A stretch of 62,269 nt of DNA, the filler included, from Gemmatimonadota bacterium (GTDB lineage: Bacteria; 4572-55; J002): NCBI GenBank assembly GCA_003697105.1. It is 5 parts of 5 records of this genome, joined end to end, with 100 filler letters (N's around TTAATTAATTAA, not from the genome) between each part and the next. Parts side by side here need not be neighbours in the genome. Positions count along the whole stretch, not along the records: positions 8,361 to 38,555 come from RFFQ01000044.1; positions 38,656 to 49,566 come from RFFQ01000045.1; 3 more parts are not named here. One strand, 5' to 3'. The notes beneath the pieces are model-generated. The model saw only the letters and a program-made list of their open reading frames with translations. It had not been told where the DNA came from and did no database searches. Positions 29,959 to 40,535 of the stretch are shown here, in pieces. Within the stretch, counting starts at the first letter, position 1. Every line of letters starts with the position of its first letter. Made by a program: the position numbers and the translations under genes.

Positions 29959-30852
29959 TCAGCCAAATGTAACCAACAACGCGCCTCCCACCGCCAGCAC
30001 AATCCCAATCAGCCGCTGGAGGGTGATCGGTTCTTTCAGGAGCAGGGCGGCAAAAATAAAGACAAAAATATTGCTGGTCTGGTTTAGTACCGCGGCAGTA
30101 GAGGCTTGCGTGAATTTCATTCCACCGAGCCAGCAGATCATCGCCAAATATGCCCCCAAAAAGGAGCTGGAGACGGTGTATCCCCAACTATGGACACCCA
30201 TCACCGAACGGATAATATGTTTCCGCTGGGGATGAACCGCCAGCAGGATCAACAAACTGCCAATCCCCCCAATAAACCGTATTTCTGTCGCCCACAGCAA
30301 CGGAACGGTTTCCAACACGGGTTTCGCGAGTACGATCCCAAAACCGGTGGTCAGCATCGCGAGTATGCCCCAGATGATCCCCCCCACCAGATTTTCCGGG
30401 GGGATGTGATGGTTCGATTTTTTGTTGGAGGCTTCCAATACGGCAGAGAGAATCAGAATGGTACCGAGGATTTGCCACAGCGAGAGGCGTTCCGCGAGGA
30501 GAATGATCGAAAAAAAGATGATAAAGGGGCTGTAAAGGCAATCCACGATGGCGGAAAGACCCGCGCCCAACAGATTCAGACTCTTGAAAAAGAGCGTATC
30601 GCCCAAGGTGATGCCAATGACCCCACTCAACAGCAGCAACGTGAACTCCGGGAGCGAAACCGTATAAAAGAGAGATTCACCCATCAGATAGAGCGTGGGA
30701 ATCACCAGTAAAAAGGCAAAAATATTCTTAAATAGATTTAAACCGATGGGGTGAACGGACTCACCGCTTTTCTTAAATAAAATAACGGCAATAGACCAGA
30801 AAACCGCTGCTGATAGCGCCAGAGTTTCACCCAAGTACGGAAAATGTGGCAT
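29959..30852 (-). CDS. DMT/EamA family transporter
   Basis: About 10 TM helices in two repeats; LAERLS/LKEPIT motifs. Confidence 0.9.
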   Translation of the reverse strand: MPHFPYLGETLALSAAVFWSIAVILFKKSGESVHPIGLNLFKNIFAFLLVIPTLYLMGESLFYTVSLPEFTLLLLSGVIGITLGDTLFFKSLNLLGAGLSAIVDCLYSPFIIFFSIILLAERLSLWQILGTILILSAVLEASNKKSNHHIPPENLVGGIIWGILAMLTTGFGIVLAKPVLETVPLLWATEIRFIGGIGSLLILLAVHPQRKHIIRSVMGVHSWGYTVSSSFLGAYLAMICWLGGMKFTQASTAAVLNQTSNIFVFIFAALLLKEPITLQRLIGIVLAVGGALLVTFG

Positions 30853-30934
30853 CTTGGACTCCTTTGAAGGTCGTGAGGACGCAATCTAATTATCGTTAGC
30901 CAAAAGAGCAAGAGGTGTTATGGGGTAGTAAGGG

Positions 30935-33445
30935 TTAAAGGTGCTGTTGGTGGGCAAAAAATTCGGCGGATTCGGCACCGGTTTCGGTCTCTGGGGGGCG
31001 ATGAACAACGAGTTCGACGCGGAAGGTGGTTCCCTGACCTTTTTGGCTGTGGACGGTAATTGTCGCACCGTGTGCTTCCACAAACCGCTTGGAGAGGGCT
31101 AACCCCAACCCAGTGCCTTCTGTTTTGGTACTAAAAAAGGGATCAAAAATCCGTTCTTGCTGTTCGGGGGGTATGCCCACCCCCGTATCGCTAACTTCGA
31201 TGAAGACCGTCTCTACTCCCATCTGAAAATTGATATTTTTCTTTACCCGGAGCGTCAGCCGTCCGCCGTTGGGCATCGCTTGTAGCGCATTTTGGAGCAG
31301 ATTGATGAAGACCTGCTCCATTTTGCCTTCGTCGATGAATAATTCGGGGAGATTGTCATCGTATTCTTCCACAAATTCAATGTTGTCATATTCTTCCAAG
31401 ATCATGCGGATATTGTACACCGGGCTCATCAACATCTCCCGAATCGGTACTAAACTGAGATGCAATTCCGGTTCGCGAGAGAAACGCAACAGGTCTTTCA
31501 CGATGCGATCCATACGTTTGATTTCGTCCAGCAGGGCATCCATCTGGCTTGCATCCTCATCAGAGGCGGCGGTAGCTTGTGCCACCTGAATTCCGGTTTG
31601 AAGGGCGGCTAGGCTGTTTTTAATCTCGTGCGCAATTCGAGCCGACATTTCACCCATTTGCGCCAGATGTTTTAATTTTTGCTGTTCTTCTTCAATCGCT
31701 TTAATCAGGGTCAGGTCTGAGAAGAGTACGACCGCCCCCACCACGCGGTCATTGCCCCGAAGCGGTGCAATGCTGATCCCAATCGGGATTTCCACGTCGT
31801 CTTTCCGCCGGATTACGGTCTCTTTTTGGGACATCACCACGCCTTGCTCGATTACTTCCCGAAACGGGTCTGCCAGATCGAGTTCTTCGGCTAACGTGCT
31901 TAAATCCATCACGTTTTGTACCGGTTGCCGGACGACCTCTTCCCGTTTCCAGAGCAAAATACCTTCGGCGGCTTGGTTAAACGTTGTGATTCGGCTTTCC
32001 CGGTCAATTGTGAGGATGCCGCTGGCGGCATTTTGGATAATGCCTTCGGTAAATTCTTTTGCCGCGAGCACTTCGGCATGGGAGTGGCGTAATTCCCGGA
32101 ACAGTTGGGCATTGCGGATGGCAATCGCCAGTTCATCCGCAACTTGTTCCAGCAGGCTGAGGTCTTTAGCGGCGTGACTTTCCAATTTACGGCTAAAAAG
32201 CTCCAACACCCCAATAATTTTTTCCTCAAACACCAGGGGTAACCGCACCGCTGACCGCAACCCTTCCTTGAGGAGCAGTTTATCCTCGGCAAAGTGGCTC
32301 AGTGCCATATCGCGTTCAATATGCCGCCGCCGGCTGTAAACGATCCACTCGGCGGCGGTAGATTTCATTGATTGGTGTTCCAACAGGCGTTGGCGATACC
32401 CTTCCCCGACCCGGTAGAGGGCTAAAATTGAGGCATAATCAATATCCAGTTGCAAGGTTAAATGCCCGCCAATGGGGGCGCTGTGAGCCTGAACTTCAAA
32501 CAGTACCAGATTTGCCCGGTCAATCAGGATCATCTGGGAAAGTTCTTGAACCACCACCCGGAACATAAATTCAATGTCCAAACTGGAACTGATCGCTTTT
32601 GTGATGGTATTGATAATGGTTAATTCGCGGTTGCGATGTTCCAGCTCCCGTTCGGCTTCTTTCAGATTCGTAATATCAAAGGAGACCCCTTGTGCGGTGT
32701 GAATGTTCCCCTTGTCGTCCTCCACGGGGACAATATTTTGCAATGTCCAGCGGACGGAACCGTTTTTCTGAACCACGGGTATTTCTTCCGCGAGGATCGT
32801 CTCGCCTTGCCGCAGGCGATCCAGTAATTTTTGGTAGCGGGGGGCATACGTTTCGGGGAACAGTTGGACGTTGCGCAATTTGAGTTCGCGCAAGGAGTAG
32901 CCTGTTTGGATTTCCGCTTCTTTATTGAAAAAGTCGATGGTGTCCCGTTGCAGGTCAATCACAAAAATGGCGGCGGGGGTGATCTGTACCAGATTTTCCA
33001 GATAGTTTTGGGTGCGTCCCAGTTCCCGCTGGAGTTTTTTGTTTTGCCCGCGGATATTACTGGTGACCAGCACATTATCAATGATGTTGAGCAACTCCGA
33101 GGTGCCAAACGGTTTAAGGAGATAAACACTCAAGCCCAATTCCAACAACCGCCGGCGGATCGAGCTATCACTGCGTTTGGCGCTCAACATAATCACGGGT
33201 ATATCGCGGCAGTCACTATATTGCGGGTTGGTCATCATTTCCTGAAAAACGGCTTCCCCGCTCATGCCGGGCAAAGTGGAATCCAGCAAAACTAAGTCGG
33301 GGTGCGTCTCTTGAATGCGTTCCAGACCCGTGATGCCGTCACTTTCCCACAAAAAGTGGTAGCCGGCGTCTTCCAACACGGATTCCAGCAACAACGCTAA
33401 TTTTTGACTTTCGTCGATGAGTAAAATAACGGCAGGTTTATCCAT
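30935..33445 (-). CDS. Hybrid sensor histidine kinase (REC-PAS-GAF-PAS-HisKA-HATPase)
   Basis: N-terminal REC (LLDSTLP, LLKP); H-box AHEIKNSL; QVFINLLQNA, DTGVGI, GTGLGL; no TM segments. Confidence 0.92.
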   Translation of the reverse strand: MDKPAVILLIDESQKLALLLESVLEDAGYHFLWESDGITGLERIQETHPDLVLLDSTLPGMSGEAVFQEMMTNPQYSDCRDIPVIMLSAKRSDSSIRRRLLELGLSVYLLKPFGTSELLNIIDNVLVTSNIRGQNKKLQRELGRTQNYLENLVQITPAAIFVIDLQRDTIDFFNKEAEIQTGYSLRELKLRNVQLFPETYAPRYQKLLDRLRQGETILAEEIPVVQKNGSVRWTLQNIVPVEDDKGNIHTAQGVSFDITNLKEAERELEHRNRELTIINTITKAISSSLDIEFMFRVVVQELSQMILIDRANLVLFEVQAHSAPIGGHLTLQLDIDYASILALYRVGEGYRQRLLEHQSMKSTAAEWIVYSRRRHIERDMALSHFAEDKLLLKEGLRSAVRLPLVFEEKIIGVLELFSRKLESHAAKDLSLLEQVADELAIAIRNAQLFRELRHSHAEVLAAKEFTEGIIQNAASGILTIDRESRITTFNQAAEGILLWKREEVVRQPVQNVMDLSTLAEELDLADPFREVIEQGVVMSQKETVIRRKDDVEIPIGISIAPLRGNDRVVGAVVLFSDLTLIKAIEEEQQKLKHLAQMGEMSARIAHEIKNSLAALQTGIQVAQATAASDEDASQMDALLDEIKRMDRIVKDLLRFSREPELHLSLVPIREMLMSPVYNIRMILEEYDNIEFVEEYDDNLPELFIDEGKMEQVFINLLQNALQAMPNGGRLTLRVKKNINFQMGVETVFIEVSDTGVGIPPEQQERIFDPFFSTKTEGTGLGLALSKRFVEAHGATITVHSQKGQGTTFRVELVVHRPPETETGAESAEFFAHQQHL

Positions 33446-33603
33446 AAGTCATGAGGCGTGACGAATAAAGAATGATGGGTAATGTGTAACCCCTTTTGAT
33501 AACATATTGACGTAGGGTGCTGGATAACTGGCACACATTTACGTTGCATATTTTTTCACTTTTCAACGCTTCTGAATTCTGAGCAAAAGCTACGCCTATT
33601 CCG

Positions 33604-33639
33604 AAAAATAAAACCCACATCAACAGCAGATGTGGGTTT
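33604..33639 (-). terminator. Intrinsic terminator
   Basis: 11-bp stem AAACCCACATC/GATGTGGGTTT followed by TATTTTT on the minus strand. Confidence 0.7.
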
Positions 33640-33678
33640 ATCTTGGGTTTCCAACACAATGGTGCTCGTCCGGTAAGC

Positions 33679-33924
33679 TTAATAATCTTCATCTTCGTCA
33701 CTAACATAAAAATCTTCGGCATCTCGTAGAATCTGGTTGAGCTCTTCCATCAAATCGTCCAAATCAACCTCTTCTCGTAATGCGCATTCTTCTAATGACT
33801 CGTGCTGAAGTTCGGGGTCAAGATGGGACTCCGCCATAAAATACGCCTCAAAGACCGCTTCGGCTTCGGGGTATAATTCCATAATTTCAGCGGGTGTCAT
33901 TTCCGGTATTACTTTAGGTCGCAT
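33679..33924 (-). CDS. Small acidic DUF1858-like protein
   Basis: MTPAEIMELYPEAEAVF...ESLEEC...VDLDDLMEELN pattern; RBS AGGAG. Confidence 0.6.
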   Translation of the reverse strand: MRPKVIPEMTPAEIMELYPEAEAVFEAYFMAESHLDPELQHESLEECALREEVDLDDLMEELNQILRDAEDFYVSDEDEDY

Positions 33925-33948
33925 TTCTTGTATGTCTCCTTTTTCAAC

Positions 33949-34782
33949 TTATCGTACAAGTAAAATCGGGATCATGGTATTGCGCATAACGGTTTCGGTG
34001 GTACTGCCCAATAACAACTCATGGATACGATTTTCGCCATAAGCCCCCATCACAATAATATCACACAGTTGGGCATCCGCAACGGCAATAATGCTTTTTT
34101 CTGGGGCGCCGTCTTCATGCAGATAGGTAACGGTGAGTTGGAAGGGGTCTAAGTAGGTTTTGGCGTCTTCGAGTTTCTCTGTTGCCCACTCCTCATCACC
34201 AACGACTAACACGATTACCTCCAGATCAATCTCCGATGCCATGTTCGCCGCCACGTGCAATGCTTGTGTGGCGTGTTCATCCCCGTTATAAGCGATCAGA
34301 ATTTTTGATACCGTTTGTACTTGATCCGACGTTACCAAAATGGGGCGGTTTGCTTTGCGAACAACTGCTTCCAATGTCGAACCAAGTAGGACCGACGACC
34401 ACGAGGCGTGTTCCCCGTGCCGCCCCATGGTGACCAAATCCACATGGGTGGCGGCATCGATAATCTCTTTATTGACAATACCAACGGTGAGATTAGAGGC
34501 GTATTTTAAGCCGCTCTCTTGTACCAGTTCTTCCGCCGACTTGAGGATTGCTCGCCCTCGTTCCTCCAAAATGGCCCGAATTTGTGATTGATAGTTGACC
34601 AGCGGCGCTGCCCCCAGCGAGGCAGAAATATCATGCAACAACGGACCTTCCAACGCCCGGACATCAATCACGTGTAATAATTGCAAGTGCGCGTTGTACT
34701 TATCACCAATCCGAATGGCATAATCTAATGCCGTCTGACTATATTCGGAACCGTCTAAAGGCACTAAAATGGTCTTAAACAT
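33949..34782 (-). CDS. Tandem-domain universal stress protein
   Basis: MFKTILVPLDGS, MGRHG..LGST, MGAYG..LGSTT. Start re-called after RBS GGAG. Confidence 0.9.
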   Translation of the reverse strand: MFKTILVPLDGSEYSQTALDYAIRIGDKYNAHLQLLHVIDVRALEGPLLHDISASLGAAPLVNYQSQIRAILEERGRAILKSAEELVQESGLKYASNLTVGIVNKEIIDAATHVDLVTMGRHGEHASWSSVLLGSTLEAVVRKANRPILVTSDQVQTVSKILIAYNGDEHATQALHVAANMASEIDLEVIVLVVGDEEWATEKLEDAKTYLDPFQLTVTYLHEDGAPEKSIIAVADAQLCDIIVMGAYGENRIHELLLGSTTETVMRNTMIPILLVR

Positions 34783-34819
34783 GAGCTTATTCTCCAAATT
34801 AGGGGTCTTGGTGATGCGC

Positions 34820-34847
34820 ATTATAGCGACTTTCACCAATTTGTCAA
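34820..34847 (-). promoter_or_regulatory. Sigma70 consensus promoter of usp
   Basis: TTGACA-16-TATAAT on minus strand. Confidence 0.7.
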
Positions 34848-34985
34848 CAGAAAATTTACCCCCCGACCCCACCGAGCAAAAGACAAACCCCCTTGATAAA
34901 CCCCTTGACATCTCCCTCAAATTAAGAGATTATTAGAGTAATAACCCCCCATCCTCTAAAAATCCGATTTTAGAGGTCTTATGCC

Positions 34986-37118
34986 ATGTCAAATTGTATT
35001 CTACTGGTTGAAGATAACGACGAATTCAGAGGAGCAATTCAATCCTATTTAGAATTGGAAGGATTCACAATCTACCCGGCCACTCAGGGTAAAGAAGCCC
35101 TCCATATATTGGAAGGTCACGCGGTGGATTGTATTCTTGCGGATATTATGATGCCCGTGATGGATGGCTACGAATTATACCGCCGGGTGCAGGAAAATCC
35201 CCAATGGGCATGGATTCCTTTTGTGTTTTTAACGGCGAAAGGTACTGCTGAGGATATCCGGCAAGGTAAAGAACTTGGCGCAGATGATTATCTGGTCAAA
35301 ACCGCCGAGCCGGAAGACATCATCGCCACAATTCGGGGCAAAATCAAACGCTCCCAAGCCCAAAAACAACATATCCCACCGGAAACCATCGCCGAGTATC
35401 GTACCCATCTGGCCCCCGGTGACCTCATCCGGCAACGGTACCAGATCATCCAAATATTGGGCGAAGGGGCGACAAGTCATGTCTATTTAGCGCAAGATAC
35501 GACCCTGCCTGAGCGAACGGTGGCACTAAAACGGCTCCGCTTTACCCCCCAAATGAATGATACGGAACAGAAACAAAACCGGCACTTATTTGAGCAAGAA
35601 GTACGCTTGTTAAGCCAGTTTCGGGAGCCTTGCTTTCCCCAATTGTATGATTTTTTTGAGGAGGGTGAGTTCTACTATTTGGTGATGGAATACATCGCCG
35701 GGGAAACACTTCTACAAAAAATTGATCGCGCCACTGACTTTTTCCCAGAAGAGCAGGTCATTGAGTGGGGCATCAAGTGTTGCCAAGCGCTTTCGATTCT
35801 CCACACCCAAAATATCATCTTTCGGGATATGAAGCCGGGCAATATCATGATCACCCCTCAAAATCGGTTGGTTTTAATTGATTTTGGAGTCGCGCGGCTT
35901 TTCAAATATGTTCAACGGGATACCATTTTTGCCTGTACGGTGGCGTATGCCGCTCCCGAACAATTACGGGGGTATTCCGATGCGCGCTCCGATATTTTCG
36001 GTTTGGGAGCGACCCTTTACCATGCCGCTACCCGCACCACCCGCACCGAGGAAACCTTTCCCCGTCCGCGGACACTGAACCCGAATATTTCACCCGCCTT
36101 GGAATACGTCATTACCAAAGCCCTTGAATTTGACCCAGATGACCGGTATCAAAGTGCCACCGAATTTCAGCACGCCCTAGAACAAGTCCGTGCCCCGCAC
36201 GTTGTCCCGGAAGAATCCTCCCCACCGGAAGTAACGGCGGCGCCTCCGCCCCCGATAGAACCAACCCCCCAACACCCTTTTCAGACATCACCCCCGCTGA
36301 TCAAAACGCCTTCTAAACCTCATAAAATCCCAACTTCGCACCGAATTCTTTTGAGTTTGTTAGGTGTCGTTGTGTTGGTTGGTTTTTCGTGGATGATCTT
36401 CCAACCCTCAGAACATGAGGATGTAACGCTCCAGCAAGTACCCGTAGAATCGACTCCGGCTGGGATGGTCCGCGTGCCGGGAGGGGTGTTTTGGATGGGC
36501 AATCCCGAAGGGTTTCCCGCGGAACGCCCGCAAATTCGGGTCGAATTAAACCCATTTTATCTGGATCAGTACGAGGTCACCAATGCCGAATACCAACGTT
36601 TTGTGGATTCAACCGGGTATGATCCACCACCTCATTGGATTGGGGGGCGTTTTCCGCCGGGTAGCGGTCATCTACCGGTGACTTTTGTCTCCCAACCGGA
36701 TGCTCAGGCGTATGCGGCGTGGGTTGACAAACGGTTACCCACCTCGGCAGAGTGGGAACGTGCCGCCAGAGGACTGGATGGACGGCTTTTCCCGTGGGGG
36801 AATACCTTTGATGCCAAAAAGAGCAATTTGCAAGGTGCGGAAGATGGCTATACGGCATTAGCACCGGTGGGTTCCCTACCAACAGACAAAAGCCCGCACG
36901 GTGTGTTCGATCTCGCGGGAAATGTCTCGGAATGGTGCCAGGATAATGTCCCGAATAAGGACCCATTGGTGATTGTGCGGGGTGGACATTGGCAAGCCCC
37001 AGCAGACATTGCCCGGTGCACCTACAAACAGACGGTCCCGAAAACCGAACGCCGTGCCACGCTGGGCTTCCGTTGTGCCATGGATGTCCAAAAAACATAT
37101 TCTGCGAGCCGTGATTAG
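34986..37118 (+). CDS. Receiver - Ser/Thr kinase - TM - FGE-sulfatase (SUMF1-like) domain protein
   Basis: REC (VEDN, DIMMP, LTAK); kinase VALK, FRDMKPGN, DFG, APE; Pro-rich linker; one TM; YEVTN, RLPTSAEWE, DLAGNVSEW, GFRC. Confidence 0.9.
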   Translation: MSNCILLVEDNDEFRGAIQSYLELEGFTIYPATQGKEALHILEGHAVDCILADIMMPVMDGYELYRRVQENPQWAWIPFVFLTAKGTAEDIRQGKELGADDYLVKTAEPEDIIATIRGKIKRSQAQKQHIPPETIAEYRTHLAPGDLIRQRYQIIQILGEGATSHVYLAQDTTLPERTVALKRLRFTPQMNDTEQKQNRHLFEQEVRLLSQFREPCFPQLYDFFEEGEFYYLVMEYIAGETLLQKIDRATDFFPEEQVIEWGIKCCQALSILHTQNIIFRDMKPGNIMITPQNRLVLIDFGVARLFKYVQRDTIFACTVAYAAPEQLRGYSDARSDIFGLGATLYHAATRTTRTEETFPRPRTLNPNISPALEYVITKALEFDPDDRYQSATEFQHALEQVRAPHVVPEESSPPEVTAAPPPPIEPTPQHPFQTSPPLIKTPSKPHKIPTSHRILLSLLGVVVLVGFSWMIFQPSEHEDVTLQQVPVESTPAGMVRVPGGVFWMGNPEGFPAERPQIRVELNPFYLDQYEVTNAEYQRFVDSTGYDPPPHWIGGRFPPGSGHLPVTFVSQPDAQAYAAWVDKRLPTSAEWERAARGLDGRLFPWGNTFDAKKSNLQGAEDGYTALAPVGSLPTDKSPHGVFDLAGNVSEWCQDNVPNKDPLVIVRGGHWQAPADIARCTYKQTVPKTERRATLGFRCAMDVQKTYSASRD

Positions 37119-37227
37119 TATGTTTTAGAAGTACACCGCACAGATGACCCTCCCGGGTCAGGTCGTTCTGGGGATTTCGGCAGCGTAATCAAATGTAAGT
37201 TCCACTTATAAAGGAAGGATAGCCCAA

Positions 37228-38555
37228 ATGACCCAAATTTTGATTGTCGAAGATGAGCAAAGTTTACGAGAGGGGGTTGCAGAAGTTCTGGAACTGGAAG
37301 GCTACACCGTTTTAAGCGCTGAAAATGGGCAGATGGCATTAGACCTCCTCAACCAGCACCAACCCGATTTGATTGTGTGCGACATCATGATGCCGGAGTT
37401 AGACGGCTATGAGTTTTTGACCCGAGTTCGGCAAAACCCCCGGTTGAACACTGTTCCCTTCATCTTTTTGACGGCGAAAGTCTCCCACGATGACCAGCGC
37501 CATGGCATGAATTTAGGGGCGGATGATTATCTGACTAAGCCGTTTGACCCGGATGAGCTTATTTCTGCTGTGGAAGCCCGGTTGGAACGGCACCAGAGCA
37601 TGGTTGCCCCTTATGAAAAAGCACTGCAGGAGGCGAAATCAGAACAAGAGCGGATTCGCCAGTGCCTAGATGAAGCCGCCGAGCAATTCCGCCGCTTTAT
37701 CCGGCTCTCCCCAGATGGCGTATTGATGATCGACCTTAAAGGCATCATTCATCTGGCAAATCCAGCAATGCTACGGATGCTGAGAGCGGATCAACGGGAT
37801 CACGTAGTCAAACACCCTATCCGCGATGTTCTGGTCGCAGAAGAAGTCAGCACAATGACCGCTTACTTACAGGATGTTATTGGAAATCCCGAACATCAAG
37901 GATTGCAGTTTGAAACCCAGTTTTTACGCCAAGATGGTACCACGTTCCTAGCCGAAGTGACCATGGGATATTTTGAATTTGGTGACATCGCTGCCGCCCA
38001 ACTGATTGTGCGCGATGTCACCGAACGGCGGCGGGTCGAAGCCGAGTTACGAGCCTTGAATGAGCATAAAAACCGCTTTTTTAGCATCTTAGCCCATGAT
38101 CTGCGCAATCCATTTACCGTCTTACTCGGTTCGATTGAACTCCTCATGGAAAATATCGATGATTTTGACAAAACGGAAATTAAACGACTGGCGGAAACAA
38201 TGGATATTTCGGCGAATACAGTATTTCGCCTCCTAGAGAATCTGTTACAATGGTCCCGGATACAAATGGGACGGATGGAGATCGATCCCGCCCCGCTAGA
38301 CCTCGCCGTGATTGCCACCCTAAACTTGGAATTGGTGCGAGAAAGCGCACAAGCAAAACAAATTCAGTTAATAAACCAGATCACTACCGAAATTCCCGCT
38401 TACGGAGATATGAACATGATCGATACCGTAATTCGGAATTTATTAACGAATGCTATCAAGTTTACACCGCCGGGCGGGAACGTTACAATTACCGCTCAGG
38501 TGAACGGAAATACGGCCGAACTGAGTGTCAGCGATACCGGAATCGGTATCAGCCC
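37228..38555 (+). CDS. Hybrid histidine kinase REC-PAS-HisKA-HATPase (truncated by contig end)
   Basis: DIMMP receiver; AHDLRNP; NLLTNAIKF; DTGIGI at the gap. Confidence 0.9.
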
Positions 38556-38655
38556 NNNNNNNNNNNNNNNNNNNNNNNNNNNNNNNNNNNNNNNNNNNNT
38601 TAATTAATTAANNNNNNNNNNNNNNNNNNNNNNNNNNNNNNNNNNNNNNNNNNNN
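38556..38655. other. Artificial contig linker
   Basis: N-TTAATTAATTAA-N. Confidence 0.98.
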
Positions 38656-38769
38656 GATTTGAGGCTAGCCAAAAAAATATTTTTTCGCAGACTGTTGTAA
38701 TACTTTCTATGACGCACCGTAGATTATTACAGATATACATTCGTTAGGGCTGTAAGGGGCTTAAAGTGA

Positions 38770-38798
38770 TTGACAAAGGATTCTGACCATAGCATATT
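38770..38798 (+). promoter_or_regulatory. Sigma70-type promoter of dapA
   Basis: TTGACA-17-CATATT. Confidence 0.55.
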
Positions 38799-38908
38799 AA
38801 ATCGTTTAGGAGACCGTTAGGGTCTCAACGGGAGTTTCTAGCATGTACCCGGTTCATTAAAGAGATGTAACCAATTCAACAACACAATATATACTAAGGA
38901 GTGGTGTT

Positions 38909-39781
38909 ATGTTTAGTGGCGCACTTACCGCTTTGGCGACCCCATTTCGGGATGGAAACATTGATTATGCGGCGTATGAAGCATTTATCCAATTTCAGTT
39001 GGAAAATGGAATTGATGGGCTGGTGGTTGCGGGTTCTACGGGTGAAGCGGCAACATTAACGGATACCGAAAAACTGGAACTGGGGCGGTTGGCGTTGAAG
39101 TTGGCGGCGGGGAGCGTTCCGGTGATTTTGGGTACGGGCAATAATAATACCCAAGCTACTTATGAGCTGACCAAAAAAGCGGCAGATGCCGGATTTAGTG
39201 GTGTGTTGCTGGTAGCGCCTTACTACAATAAACCGACTCAGGAAGGCTTATTTCAGCATTACGCACGCATTGCCGAAATCGAGATACCGCAGATTTTATA
39301 CAATGTCCCCGGGCGAACGGCATCCCACATTGCACCCCAAACGGTTGCCCGGTTGGTGGAATATCCCAATATCGTGGCAATTAAGGAAGCGAGTGGGGGC
39401 ATTAACAATACCACTGAAATTCTTCGACATTGTGGAGACCGTATCACGGTACTTTCGGGTGAAGATACCCTGATTTACCCCCTGATGTGTGTGGGCGCGA
39501 AAGGTGTAATTTGCACGACCTCCAATGTTGCGCCCAAATTGTTCCACGACCTGTGTGCTGCCGCCGCAACCGGTGACCATAAGACCGCCCGTGCCCTGCA
39601 CTTCCAAACATATCCCCTCATCCAAACCATGTTTGTAGAAACCAACCCCATTCCAGTGAAATACGCCTTGAGTCTGTTGGGGCTAATGACGGCGGAATAT
39701 CGCTTGCCATTGATGCCACCCTCTGTTGCCAATCAGACAATTATTGCCGAGCAATTACGATCCTTTGGACTTATCCCCTGA
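38909..39781 (+). CDS. dapA: 4-hydroxy-tetrahydrodipicolinate synthase
   Basis: GSTGE, PYYNKP, LYNVPGRT, AIKEASG, ETNPIPVK. Confidence 0.96.
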   Translation: MFSGALTALATPFRDGNIDYAAYEAFIQFQLENGIDGLVVAGSTGEAATLTDTEKLELGRLALKLAAGSVPVILGTGNNNTQATYELTKKAADAGFSGVLLVAPYYNKPTQEGLFQHYARIAEIEIPQILYNVPGRTASHIAPQTVARLVEYPNIVAIKEASGGINNTTEILRHCGDRITVLSGEDTLIYPLMCVGAKGVICTTSNVAPKLFHDLCAAAATGDHKTARALHFQTYPLIQTMFVETNPIPVKYALSLLGLMTAEYRLPLMPPSVANQTIIAEQLRSFGLIP

Positions 39782-39789
39782 GGGGCACG

Positions 39790-40521
39790 ATGGAACTTTT
39801 TATCTGGTTTAATTATCCCTATCTAGGCTTGTTGTTCTTCGCATTTTTAATGATGGGGATGCAATTTTTAGGCATCGGCGGTGACCAAGATGCGGATATT
39901 GAAGTGGATGCCGGAGTAGAAGTTGAGGTTGATCTCGATGCCGACGTCGATCTGGAACTCGATACCAATGCGGATGTCGATTCTGATATAGAAGCACCCA
40001 GTGCAGGCTCTGGCGGTTTCCTTCATGCCGTTTTATCCTTTTTAAATATCGGTCGCGTTCCGCTGTCCATTGTGCTGGTGAGTTTATCACTTTTCATGGG
40101 TTTAACGGGTATCATTTTTAACAGTTTTGTTGTAACTTTGTTGAACAGCTATCCTTCGCCGGCATTCATTCTGTCGGGAGTCACATCGGTCTTGCTGGGT
40201 TTGGTAGGGACAAGCCAATTGGGTAAAATATTGGTAAAATTGTTTCCGGCGGATGAAACGTACGCGGTGGAAAAGGGTAAGTTGATCGGTTGTGTGGGAG
40301 AAGTGACTACCCCGTACATCCCACCGGCGGATAGCCGGAAACAGGGTTTGGTAGATGTGTATAACCAGTATGGGACATTGTTAAAAGTCCCCTGTGTGGC
40401 GTATGACGGGCAACCCAAGCGAGGAGACCGGGTGGTGTTAATTGATTATAATCCAGAACACGAATTTTATTATGTGCTTGTGGAAGACAGCCCCGAGTAT
40501 CACCGGTATTTGAGCGAATAA
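39790..40521 (+). CDS. YqiJ/DUF1449-like membrane protein with NfeD-type OB domain
   Basis: N-terminal TM, acidic D/E-x repeat, LSFLNIGRVPLSI, two further TMs, C-terminal beta domain. Confidence 0.7.
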   Translation: MELFIWFNYPYLGLLFFAFLMMGMQFLGIGGDQDADIEVDAGVEVEVDLDADVDLELDTNADVDSDIEAPSAGSGGFLHAVLSFLNIGRVPLSIVLVSLSLFMGLTGIIFNSFVVTLLNSYPSPAFILSGVTSVLLGLVGTSQLGKILVKLFPADETYAVEKGKLIGCVGEVTTPYIPPADSRKQGLVDVYNQYGTLLKVPCVAYDGQPKRGDRVVLIDYNPEHEFYYVLVEDSPEYHRYLSE

Positions 40522-40535
40522 GCAGGAGTTTGAGG

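Noticed and set aside
33528-33545. TGGCAC as a sigma54 promoter
   Set aside because: No TTGC at correct spacing, and it faces antisense to the flanking genes.
38800-38905. Lysine or purine riboswitch ahead of dapA (hairpin, GAGTTTCTA)
   Set aside because: Leader is too short for a lysine riboswitch and lacks the other purine-riboswitch consensus elements; an Rfam scan would settle it.
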